IMG/VR virus record: IMGVR_UViG_3300012582_000002 | Span: 1-45,420 of that record | Origin: a virus | Reading direction: 5' to 3' (one strand) | Length of the DNA: 45,420 nt | Shown here: in pieces, positions 7,749-14,779 of the stretch | Layout: each line of letters starts with the position of its first letter | How positions within the stretch are numbered: the first letter of the stretch is position 1 | The notes under the pieces: generated by a model | The model's database searches: none | What the model saw: only the letters and a program-made list of their open reading frames with translations | Told to the model about the DNA's origin: nothing | Translations under genes and position numbers: made by a program

Positions 7749-7912
7749 CACTCATACACCCCCTGATTGATGAGCCAGTAGACGAGACTGGAGGATGGCT
7801 CGTTCGGCTCCCAACCACCCCTGAGCAGTTCGTCAATGACCGACTGCCACTCTTCCTTCGTGGCCGTGACGCTGATCTGTCCAGCCTGCTCGGGCGGATA
7901 CCCGAGGATCAT
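7748..7912 (-). CDS. Hypothetical protein (54 aa)
   Basis: Hand-translated. GGAGGCT RBS, TGATG coupling to the next ORF. Confidence 0.5.
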   Translation of the reverse strand: MILGYPPEQAGQISVTATKEEWQSVIDELLRGGWEPNEPSSSLVYWLINQGVYE

Positions 7913-7921
7913 AGCCTCCAC

Positions 7922-8119
7922 CTAGTCCTCCAGCTTCTCGATGCGAACGATCAGGTGGAGAGGGATGGCCACCTTGGATCCGAGCAGATAGCCGAGGCCT
8001 CCACTGTTGACGGCAGTATCGGCGACCATCCTTGCCCACTCCATGAAGGTGTTGTCCACATCCTCCCAGTCGATGCTGGTCGTGGTGTGGGTGGTCTCGT
8101 AGTGAACCCGAGCCTTCAC
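7922..8119 (-). CDS. Hypothetical protein (65 aa)
   Basis: Tracked ORF, GTG start overlapping the upstream TGA. Confidence 0.55.
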   Translation of the reverse strand: MKARVHYETTHTTTSIDWEDVDNTFMEWARMVADTAVNSGGLGYLLGSKVAIPLHLIVRIEKLED

Positions 8120-8193
8120 TTGCTCCCCTTCGTCTCTTCGAACCGCTTGGCCATCTCGTCAAGCTCTCGTTGCTGCTCTTCTGTGAGTGTCAC
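8116..8193 (-). CDS. Possible 25-aa charged helical peptide
   Basis: Hand-translated VTLTEEQQRELDEMAKRFEETKGSK. Starts right after tRNA-like element 1. Very short. Confidence 0.3.
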   Translation of the reverse strand: MTLTEEQQRELDEMAKRFEETKGSK

Positions 8194-8194
8194 G

Positions 8195-8236
8195 CGGGTG
8201 GGGCTGGAGTCGAACCAGCCCTTCGACCATCCACCC
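8195..8236 (-). ncRNA. tRNA-like minihelix element TLE1 (acceptor-like stem + T-arm, no D/anticodon arms)
   Basis: RNA sense: GGGTGG-ATGGTCGAAG-GGCTGG-TTCGACT-CCAGCC-CCACCC-G. Starts 6 nt after stop 8243-8245. Confidence 0.6.
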
Positions 8237-8242
8237 TGTCGA

Positions 8243-8689
8243 TCAGCTAGCCGCAACCATCTTGACTGCAACCGTCTTGTTGTTGCCCTGACGAGCGGTG
8301 ATCTGCTTGCCGATAGTCACGCCAGCCTCAAGATTGAGGCCGGTAGCCTGCATCTCCGCCTTCAACGCATCCTTCTCCTGCTTGGTGTTGAAGTCGATAC
8401 GCCAGTCCTTGCCGTCCTTGTCGCGGAGCTTCACCACGATCTTGAAGACCGGACGGTGGGTCAGGTTGTCGGCGTCGAACGTGCCTTCAGCCAGCACCTT
8501 CCAGCCCTGAGGGGTCTGGACGTAGTACTTCTGCGGGCCTCGGCCCTTGTCGCTGAACTGGTAGACCGGAACCTGGGTGTCAGGCTCCTCCAGGATGACG
8601 CCGACGATCTTATCGCCAGGCTGCTGAAGCTTTGCGAACGGCGCGCTGTCTCCGCCACCGTTACCGAAGATGTCTCCGAGTGTAGCCAT
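8243..8689 (-). CDS. Hypothetical protein (148 aa)
   Basis: Internal ATG (MATLGDIF...) of tracked ORF 8243..8869, with GGAG upstream. The longer version would overlap the preceding gene. Confidence 0.55.
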   Translation of the reverse strand: MATLGDIFGNGGGDSAPFAKLQQPGDKIVGVILEEPDTQVPVYQFSDKGRGPQKYYVQTPQGWKVLAEGTFDADNLTHRPVFKIVVKLRDKDGKDWRIDFNTKQEKDALKAEMQATGLNLEAGVTIGKQITARQGNNKTVAVKMVAAS

Positions 8690-8708
8690 GTGTCTTGTTT
8701 CTCCTCTA

Positions 8709-9137
8709 TTACCAGTCGATTTCTGCAACCTTGGTGGGCTTGTTCCCACCATTCTCCCACGGCTTGGGTGAGGCGTCAACCTCACCCTCCCAGGGGACAT
8801 CCGTCTCCTCGACCACCGTAGCACCAAGCTCACGCTTGATGACCTCGGCAGCCATAGCGTTGGCTTCATCTACGGTGCGAGGCTTGAGGTCGTCGTCAAG
8901 TCGCCGTGCGGCAGCCTCTGGGCTGCCGACCTCGGACTCGACTACACCCTTGCCGATCTCGACATCGAGTGCAGCACCGACCTTAAACCCCTGAGTGAAG
9001 AGGTTGACGTAGACCGCAGCAGCCACACCCAGATCGGAGGCGCTGGCCACGTTGGTGAGACCCAGCTCCTCGGGAGTGGCTCGCACCTTCACGTTACCGT
9101 ACTGCACGGTAGGCAGGGTGAGTTCGATCTCAGCCAT
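8709..9137 (-). CDS. Hypothetical protein (142 aa)
   Basis: ATG at 9137 overlaps the TAA of the upstream gene (TAATG). Tracked ORF 8709..9197. Confidence 0.55.
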   Translation of the reverse strand: MAEIELTLPTVQYGNVKVRATPEELGLTNVASASDLGVAAAVYVNLFTQGFKVGAALDVEIGKGVVESEVGSPEAAARRLDDDLKPRTVDEANAMAAEVIKRELGATVVEETDVPWEGEVDASPKPWENGGNKPTKVAEIDW

Positions 9138-9358
9138 TACTTCTTGACCTCTCCGTAGTACCCGTAGCCGGAGTTCCAGAAGTTCTCTTCGGCCCACTCT
9201 TCGAGATGAGTCTCTCGCTCACCAGCGGTGAGCGCGTCCCAGTCCTGGTCGGAGTAGCCATACCCTTCGAGGGTAACCTCATCCCCGTCCGAGACGCCAA
9301 CATGCGGCGTCTCGATGCCGAGGAAAACGCGATACGTATAGGTCTCTTCGTTGGACAT
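9137..9358 (-). CDS. Hypothetical acidic protein (73 aa)
   Basis: ATG 9358 in TGATG overlap with the upstream small ORF. Confidence 0.5.
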   Translation of the reverse strand: MSNEETYTYRVFLGIETPHVGVSDGDEVTLEGYGYSDQDWDALTAGERETHLEEWAEENFWNSGYGYYGEVKK

Positions 9359-9489
9359 CAGCACTCTTCCCTTAGGCTCTCGTCGTCCAGCTCTTCGTCC
9401 AGCACGATACTCTCATCGTGATCGTCCCACTCGTCCTGAACGATCCACTCCTTGTCGTTCCAGTACAGGTCGTCTTCTCGACTGCCCAT
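9358..9489 (-). CDS. Extremely acidic 43-aa protein
   Basis: Hand-translated MGSREDDLYWNDKEWIVQDEWDDHDESIVLDEELDDESLREEC (19 of 43 residues D/E). Confidence 0.45.
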   Translation of the reverse strand: MGSREDDLYWNDKEWIVQDEWDDHDESIVLDEELDDESLREEC

Positions 9490-9493
9490 GATC

Positions 9494-10309
9494 CTATCCT
9501 GTGTACTTGTAGCAGGATACCCAGGTCGTGTCGATCGTAACCGAGCTACCTGCTGCTGCCTGCTGGTTGTTGAGTGCCGACTCCGACTGAAGGATCCAGT
9601 CGGTAGCTACCGGGTAGTCCGAACCTACAGTCTTGACCAGCCTCCCGTCAAGGTAGAACCTGAGCTGTCCCGGCACTCGCTCCTGTGTGTACGTGTGCCA
9701 CGATGTCCAGCTACCGTTGGGCGCCACATCGGTGGCGCTCTCCTTGAAGCCGTGCGTGAAGACAGAGATGGGATCCTGGGAGAAGTCTCCTCCGGCCTCA
9801 GGGTAGTCCACCTCCTCACCGTTCGGCCCGTAGTGCAGCGGCACAGTCTTGAAGCCAGCCGTCCGAGTGCGGACGACGAACCTCTCGGAGAACTTACCGT
9901 ACCGCATGTTCATGCACTTGCGGGGAACGACTGCTGCGACCTTGTTCACAGTACCATCTGAAGTCATCTTGACTCGGAGCTGGCCGTCGCCGTTGGACTG
10001 CCTGATCACAGAGATCGTGGACTGAGGGCGGTAGTACCCACCCTGAGCATACCCTCGCTGGGTTGCGGTGTCCGGCCAGCCGTTGGGGTACGCCCCAAGC
10101 GTGCTGTAGTAGTGAGGATGCGCGGCCTTGAGGCCCGCACACTTGAAGTCACCGTCACCAGCGCAGCCACTGAAGGCTCCCTGAGGGGCTGTCTCGTTGA
10201 AGCTGTCACTGTATACCAGGGTGAACGTGCCAGCCCCGTAGGCAGGCGTACAGAGGCCCGCAAGGGCTAACGTAGCGGCAGCTACTGCTGCCTTAGAACG
10301 GATATCCAT
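9494..10309 (-). CDS. Secreted GH16-like (concanavalin-type beta-glucanase fold) glycoside hydrolase
   Basis: Signal peptide MDIRSKAAVAAATLALAGLCTPAYGAG. EVDYPE fits the GH16 ExDxxE catalytic motif. Start uncertain (10309 or 10318). Confidence 0.55.
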   Translation of the reverse strand: MDIRSKAAVAAATLALAGLCTPAYGAGTFTLVYSDSFNETAPQGAFSGCAGDGDFKCAGLKAAHPHYYSTLGAYPNGWPDTATQRGYAQGGYYRPQSTISVIRQSNGDGQLRVKMTSDGTVNKVAAVVPRKCMNMRYGKFSERFVVRTRTAGFKTVPLHYGPNGEEVDYPEAGGDFSQDPISVFTHGFKESATDVAPNGSWTSWHTYTQERVPGQLRFYLDGRLVKTVGSDYPVATDWILQSESALNNQQAAAGSSVTIDTTWVSCYKYTG

Positions 10310-11135
10310 CCTCTTCACTCCGATCGTAGTGGACGGCACGCTTGGTCATGCCCGCGTTCACCAGACAGTTGTCCTGGTTGAAGCAGAACCCGCAGTCGAA
10401 GCCAGCGTAGGCCTGGTACTGCTTGGCCTGCATCAACTCGTACACCTTCTGGTACCTCTCGCCCACCTTGACAGGCTCGACAGAGGTGAGGTCCACGTAC
10501 CGAGTAACAGGCTTGCCGGGCGCCAGCATGATGTACCGACCCTTCTCGACGAGCGAGGCAGCAGCCGCACCGGCCTTCTTAGAGAAGGCCTGAGTCTCAA
10601 GCAGCACCTTGTACGTCTCAAGCTGGAAGTTGCCCGGCTTGGTTGAACCTGTCTTCCAGTCCCAGATGACGGGGATCTTCTTCTTCTTGTCTTCACCGAT
10701 GATGTCGATGTACGCCTTGAGTGGAACCTCAAGCCCTGGAAGGCTGCCTGAGGCGTCGTACTCCACCTCCCACACATCTATCTCATCCAGGTACTCAAGG
10801 GCCCTCTCGAAGCAGTCCTTGACCAACTGGAGTGCCTTCTCCTCCACCGTAGGGGAGGCCTTCGGGCCTCCCGCTAGCCACTTGGAAGTATCAGGTTCGA
10901 TCAACCGCTGCCTAGCTATCAGCGGGTAGAAGTAGTGCTCAGCGGAGGCGATGTCCAAGTCCGTACGATGCTGCCTGATCGAGAGATGATCCTCGATCAT
11001 AGCGTGAACCGCTGAGCCTACCGGGATGTACCAGGTCTGCTTGGCCTCAGCGTTACGCAGCTTGCCGAGATACCACGAGCGGGGACAGGATGTGTAGCTG
11101 TTGTACTGGGAGTATGAGATGTAGTCCATGCTCAC
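10293..11135 (-). CDS. Cas4/RecB-family PD-(D/E)XK exonuclease with Fe-S cysteines
   Basis: N-terminal SCPRSWY cysteine plus C-terminal CGFCFNQDNC. DIIGED...IWDWKTGS core (D...D/E-x-K). Confidence 0.75.
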   Translation of the reverse strand: MSMDYISYSQYNSYTSCPRSWYLGKLRNAEAKQTWYIPVGSAVHAMIEDHLSIRQHRTDLDIASAEHYFYPLIARQRLIEPDTSKWLAGGPKASPTVEEKALQLVKDCFERALEYLDEIDVWEVEYDASGSLPGLEVPLKAYIDIIGEDKKKKIPVIWDWKTGSTKPGNFQLETYKVLLETQAFSKKAGAAAASLVEKGRYIMLAPGKPVTRYVDLTSVEPVKVGERYQKVYELMQAKQYQAYAGFDCGFCFNQDNCLVNAGMTKRAVHYDRSEEDGYPF

Positions 11136-11671
11136 ACGGTATCACTCTTCCTTCGCTTCTTGTCACCGAGGATCCGGCAGTCTACACACCGACGCTTACC
11201 GTTGTCACGGACCACCCAGTTCTGGTGACCCCACTTGCACTTCTCCTTAAGCTTGCGATTCCTGGCTACCTGAGACTTGAGTCCACCAGCCTGAACAAGG
11301 GAAGGCTCATCGGGAGCCTTCGAGTCCTCGAACATACCCTCAGGAGGACGACCCCCACGGGTCGTCCAATACTTGTTAGCGGGAGAAGCGTCAGCGTAGC
11401 ACAGATCTCTAACCGGGCAACCTGCACACACCTGCATACCCTGATGAATCTTGGGCCACTGCGTTTCAGATGACTCGCTGTCATCGTACTCGAACAGAGA
11501 GGGATCTTCAGTGTTGCAAGTACCTTCATCCCGCCAGTCGTCGGCCCTCCGGGTCGACGGACCATGGTAACCGTTGCGGATCAGCTTACCTGTGTACTGG
11601 TAGTCCAAGTCTCGGACCACATCGAACCCGTTGGTGGTCGTATCCTTGACCGACCGGTTCCACTTGCTCAT
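11132..11671 (-). CDS. whiB: WhiB-like Fe-S transcription factor with C-terminal basic zinc-ribbon-like extension
   Basis: C-x(n)-CAGCPVRDLC (CxxCx5C) WhiB signature. C-terminal KCKWGH...CVDC and KKRRK. Confidence 0.7.
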   Translation of the reverse strand: MSKWNRSVKDTTTNGFDVVRDLDYQYTGKLIRNGYHGPSTRRADDWRDEGTCNTEDPSLFEYDDSESSETQWPKIHQGMQVCAGCPVRDLCYADASPANKYWTTRGGRPPEGMFEDSKAPDEPSLVQAGGLKSQVARNRKLKEKCKWGHQNWVVRDNGKRRCVDCRILGDKKRRKSDTV

Positions 11672-11695
11672 GGTTACTCTTCTCTACCCGTTGAA

Positions 11696-11721
11696 GCCAG
11701 ACCCCCTTAAGGGGGTCTGGC
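11696..11721. terminator. Perfect 11-bp GC hairpin in the leader of the WhiB-like gene
   Basis: GCCAGACCCCC-TTAA-GGGGGTCTGGC. No U-tract on either strand. Confidence 0.45.
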
Positions 11722-11724
11722 ATA

Positions 11725-11740
11725 CCATGGTTAACCATGG
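11725..11740. promoter_or_regulatory. 16-bp perfect palindrome CCATGGTTAACCATGG (candidate operator)
   Basis: Read directly. Intergenic, 54 nt upstream of the WhiB-like start. Overlaps the CCATGGGCGCCTA motif. Confidence 0.35.
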
Positions 11741-11848
11741 GCGCCTATTCTGCACTTATCAAGCGGCGCTTGGCGCCCCTTGGGGTGCAGCAAGGTGCGC
11801 AACCTGTTACTCATTTAATACCCCGGACCAGGCTGTCTCAAACCTGTT

Positions 11849-12025
11849 TCACTGTGTGATGCGCATCACGGTGCTGACCATGAAGCGCTCGAACAGTGCG
11901 TTGATCTCGCTGTCACTCATGGCCAGGATGAGGTCGGAGATGCTTACGATCCGATCGGACTCGTTGTCGAGTCCGCCCTCCTGGTTGCTGACTTCACGTC
12001 CGCGAGGTTCACGAATCTGTGCCAC
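11849..12025 (-). CDS. Hypothetical protein (58 aa)
   Basis: GTG with GAGAGG upstream. Internal start of tracked ORF 11849..12166, whose 5' part would cross the divergent intergenic region. Confidence 0.45.
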   Translation of the reverse strand: MAQIREPRGREVSNQEGGLDNESDRIVSISDLILAMSDSEINALFERFMVSTVMRITQ

Positions 12026-12121
12026 GTCGATTCCTCTCTGAAAATTCTGATAGTACTTGTGACCTGCGCCACACTTACACTGATGACCTTTACAGACCCG
12101 CACCATGTTAAACTGGTACAC

Positions 12122-12883
12122 ATGAAGACAACACTGGTACTTCCCGACATCCAGTATCCCTACCATGACGCGGTGGTGCTGAAGAAGATCGTACAGGTTG
12201 CTGCCGACATCCAGCCGGACGCGATCCTCCAGATCGGGGATGGCGTCGACTTCCCGACCGTGTCTCAGTGGTCCAAGGGTAACGCAGGCGAGTTCGAGGC
12301 GACCCTACAGGAGCACATAGACGGATTCAGGAAAGACGTCCTCGTACCCCTCAGGGAGGCTGCTCCCGTAGCTGACATCACGTGGCTTGAGGGGAACCAT
12401 GACCTTCGAGTCCGGGACTTCGTCCGGAAGTACGCTGCGCCACTCGGACCTCTCCGAGCGCTGGAGATCCCATCCTTGTTCGCCCTTGAGGAGCTTGACG
12501 TCAAGTACGAACAGGGTCCTCTGCGGGTAGCCACCAACGTGCTTGCGGTACACGGCCACGAGAGCGGTGGGTACTGCGCATCCTCCTCCGCTTGGGACGC
12601 AAAGTTCGTCAAGCGATACGGGTCCCACAAGAGTTTCATATTCGGTCATACCCACCAGCCCTTCCTCTCCTCCCGCTCGTATGGGTACAACGGGAAGGTC
12701 ACCCCGCGTTTCACTATGAACGTGGGAAGCATCATGGATCCGGTCGCCGCTACCTACGTCAAAGACGGAGCGGTCAACTGGACGATGTCATTCGCGCTCT
12801 TGCGCGACGACGGCAAGCGTGTCTGGCCCGAGCTGGTCACCATGGTGGACCGACTCTTCTACGTCGGAGGCAAGAGGTACTAG
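12122..12883 (+). CDS. Calcineurin-like metallophosphoesterase
   Basis: Motifs PDIQYPYHD, GDGVDF, GNHD, HGHE, GHTH in canonical order. Start could be anywhere from 12059 to 12122. Confidence 0.8.
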   Translation: MKTTLVLPDIQYPYHDAVVLKKIVQVAADIQPDAILQIGDGVDFPTVSQWSKGNAGEFEATLQEHIDGFRKDVLVPLREAAPVADITWLEGNHDLRVRDFVRKYAAPLGPLRALEIPSLFALEELDVKYEQGPLRVATNVLAVHGHESGGYCASSSAWDAKFVKRYGSHKSFIFGHTHQPFLSSRSYGYNGKVTPRFTMNVGSIMDPVAATYVKDGAVNWTMSFALLRDDGKRVWPELVTMVDRLFYVGGKRY

Positions 12884-13063
12884 ATGTGGCCCTTCAGGAG
12901 GGGCCTCAAGGCCCCTTCAAGGCCTGACTACAACTACATCAGGCAGATGGAGCTAGAGCTAGGTATCGGCCCTCCAGCGCCGATAGTGGAGTCTGGTCAG
13001 ATGACCGAAGAAGAGTGGTTCGAGTTCTGTCGGACCATCCCGAGCGTGAAGAGGAATCGATGA
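12884..13063 (+). CDS. Hypothetical protein (59 aa)
   Basis: Hand-translated. ATG directly after the TAG of the phosphoesterase, and ATGA overlap with the sigma-like gene. Confidence 0.4.
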   Translation: MWPFRRGLKAPSRPDYNYIRQMELELGIGPPAPIVESGQMTEEEWFEFCRTIPSVKRNR

Positions 13064-13737
13064 TCGACTACACGAGATTGACTCCGGCAGTCGAGCGTGC
13101 TGCCGGAATCGCTAAGTCCAACTTCCCTGCCCACCACAACGTCTCCGATGTCAAGCAGGAGATCTGGGTGTGGATCATGGAGAACAAGAACACGGTCACC
13201 AGAGTCCTCAGCGAAAGCAACGGGGAGAACGTGCTGATCGGGTACCTTGTGCGTGCAGCACAGACCCATCTCAAGACAGAGGACGCACAGTTCTACGGCT
13301 ACGCCGAAGAGGACAAGTTCTTCTACTCGCTCGACCTGATCAAGAGCATCCTGGAAGTGGTGTTCAGCCACGAAGACTGGCAAAGCTTTGCTACAGCCCT
13401 TGACGCCATGCCGAGAGGCAAGCAGGACCCTAGTCACTCGGGCAACAACCTTGCATCCTACTCGGATGTCAAGTCTGCCATCGAACACCTTCCAGAAGAC
13501 CACTACAACATCATGGTATGGCGCTACAAGTACCGTGAGACGTTCGCCGTTATCGGCGAACACCTGAACATCACCAGGCAGGCTGCTCAGCAGCGCCACG
13601 AGGTAGCTCTAGGGGGCTTGCAGGCCTTCCTGGGGCAGAGGGACCTGGGGTCGCTTCGCAATGGCTTCAGCGGCCGTACAGAGCCTTCTACCAACGCCTC
13701 CGCAGACGCCCGAACCATCCGGGACTACGAGGGCTGA
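13060..13737 (+). CDS. Sigma-70-family (ECF-like) RNA polymerase sigma factor
   Basis: Region-2-like DVKQEIWVWIMEN. Region-4 HTH LPEDHYNIMVWRYKYRETFAVIGEHLNITRQAAQQRHEVAL. Confidence 0.6.
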   Translation: MIDYTRLTPAVERAAGIAKSNFPAHHNVSDVKQEIWVWIMENKNTVTRVLSESNGENVLIGYLVRAAQTHLKTEDAQFYGYAEEDKFFYSLDLIKSILEVVFSHEDWQSFATALDAMPRGKQDPSHSGNNLASYSDVKSAIEHLPEDHYNIMVWRYKYRETFAVIGEHLNITRQAAQQRHEVALGGLQAFLGQRDLGSLRNGFSGRTEPSTNASADARTIRDYEG

Positions 13738-13740
13738 GCG

Positions 13741-13801
13741 GGTAGTGAGGGACTCGAACCCCCGAGCCGATCAGACTCTCCCCAACTTAAGAACTACCCG
13801 A
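13741..13801 (-). pseudogene. Degenerate tRNA-like element TLE2 (acceptor, D-like arm and T-arm present; anticodon arm missing)
   Basis: RNA sense GGGTAGT/ACTACCC acceptor (7 bp), TCTT-AAGTTGGG-GAGA D-like arm, GGGGG-TTCGAGT-CCCTC T-arm. Only 13 nt where about 23 nt of anticodon arm plus variable loop should be. Confidence 0.55.
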
Positions 13802-13805
13802 TGGG

Positions 13806-13833
13806 AGCCCCGCCTTTTCGGCGGGGCTTTCTT
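13806..13833. terminator. Bidirectional terminator between the sigma cassette (+) and the small membrane-peptide genes (-)
   Basis: 9-bp stem AGCCCCGCC/GGCGGGGCT, T-rich tail TTTCTT on the plus strand. Confidence 0.7.
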
Positions 13834-13834
13834 G

Positions 13835-13930
13835 CTAGCGGGTCACGAAGTAGTGCACCACGCCGTAGATTGCACTTCCCAGCACGATGTCAAGGAAGCT
13901 GTACAGCGGCATCGTCAGAAACTTCTTCAT
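13835..13930 (-). CDS. 31-aa hydrophobic peptide
   Basis: Hand-translated MKKFLTMPLYSFLDIVLGSAIYGVVHYFVTR. GAGGAG RBS. Confidence 0.45.
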   Translation of the reverse strand: MKKFLTMPLYSFLDIVLGSAIYGVVHYFVTR

Positions 13931-13932
13931 CT

Positions 13933-14106
13933 CTACTCCTCTGCGGACCAGGACCTAAGCGCTTCGTCCGCGTCGTCAAGTTCGTCTTGCACCATGTACT
14001 CGATAGCATCCTGCAAGCGATGCGCTCGGTCGTACCAGTGGACTGCGACGCTAGCAGCACCTGCTAGCAAGAGTCCGCTCACGAATGTGAGCGTGTTGGT
14101 TCTCAA
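13933..14106 (-). CDS. 57-aa single-pass membrane protein
   Basis: Hand-translated, TTG start in TTGA overlap. TFVSGLLLAGAASVAV hydrophobic segment. Confidence 0.4.
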   Translation of the reverse strand: MRTNTLTFVSGLLLAGAASVAVHWYDRAHRLQDAIEYMVQDELDDADEALRSWSAEE

Positions 14107-14213
14107 CGCTTACCGCCTCCGCTACCTAGACCGACCAGCCAGAAGATGATGACGCCAACCACTAGGGCGCCACCAACTCCGTGACCGATCATCTGCTGCG
14201 CGACCGTCACCAT
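14103..14213 (-). CDS. 36-aa hydrophobic peptide
   Basis: Hand-translated MVTVAQQMIGHGVGGALVVGVIIFWLVGLGSGGGKR. Start overlaps the stop of 14207..14779. Confidence 0.4.
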   Translation of the reverse strand: MVTVAQQMIGHGVGGALVVGVIIFWLVGLGSGGGKR

Positions 14214-14779
14214 GCTACTTCACCTACTTCCAGCTCTCGTCGGTAGTACTTCTCCAACGCTTTGTTGCTGTCCGCGACCAGAGCGTTAGTCTTGACGTTG
14301 CGCATCAACACGCATACAGGACCAACAGCTATGATCTCGAACGTGTTCGCTCGCTGGTTCTGTGAGAACTTCTCGCCGACTTTGTAGTCAGCGTTGTCCC
14401 ACGCTTGAGCGATCTCATCGTCTGTCATCTCAGCCATCTTACCGTCCGCCCCTTTCTTGCGGGGACGGAACTCTTCGCAGCGCGACCACCAGTCGTCATG
14501 GAAGAGCCCTAGCCAGCCGTACAGCGAGCCGTCTGTGACGTACCAGACCCGCTCACCCTCTATCCATACGACACGCTTCACCTTCGCGTCTGTGGGGCTC
14601 TTGAAGAGCATGCCCACCCTGACAGGCTGAGCAGGTAGCTTGATCTTGCTGGTGAGTGCGTCGAGGTATCCCTCGACGATGTCCTTAGCTATGTCCTCAA
14701 GCTCTCGACCCTCAGTCTTGTCTGAGTCGAGAAACTTCATGACGGCCTTGATCTGGTCAGACTTAGAAGGGAGAGGCAA
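14207..14779 (-). CDS. Hypothetical protein (190 aa)
   Basis: Tracked ORF. TTG start with GAAGAGG upstream (alternative ATG at 14740). Confidence 0.6.
   Translation of the reverse strand: MPLPSKSDQIKAVMKFLDSDKTEGRELEDIAKDIVEGYLDALTSKIKLPAQPVRVGMLFKSPTDAKVKRVVWIEGERVWYVTDGSLYGWLGLFHDDWWSRCEEFRPRKKGADGKMAEMTDDEIAQAWDNADYKVGEKFSQNQRANTFEIIAVGPVCVLMRNVKTNALVADSNKALEKYYRRELEVGEVAW

Noticed and set aside
7739-8821. 360-aa plus-strand ORF across the early arm. Others are at 12997..13599 (minus, opposite the sigma gene), 3426..3995 and 15622..16137
   Set aside because: They are antisense to chains of coupled small genes with RBSs. Their translations are Arg/Pro/Ser-rich and non-protein-like.
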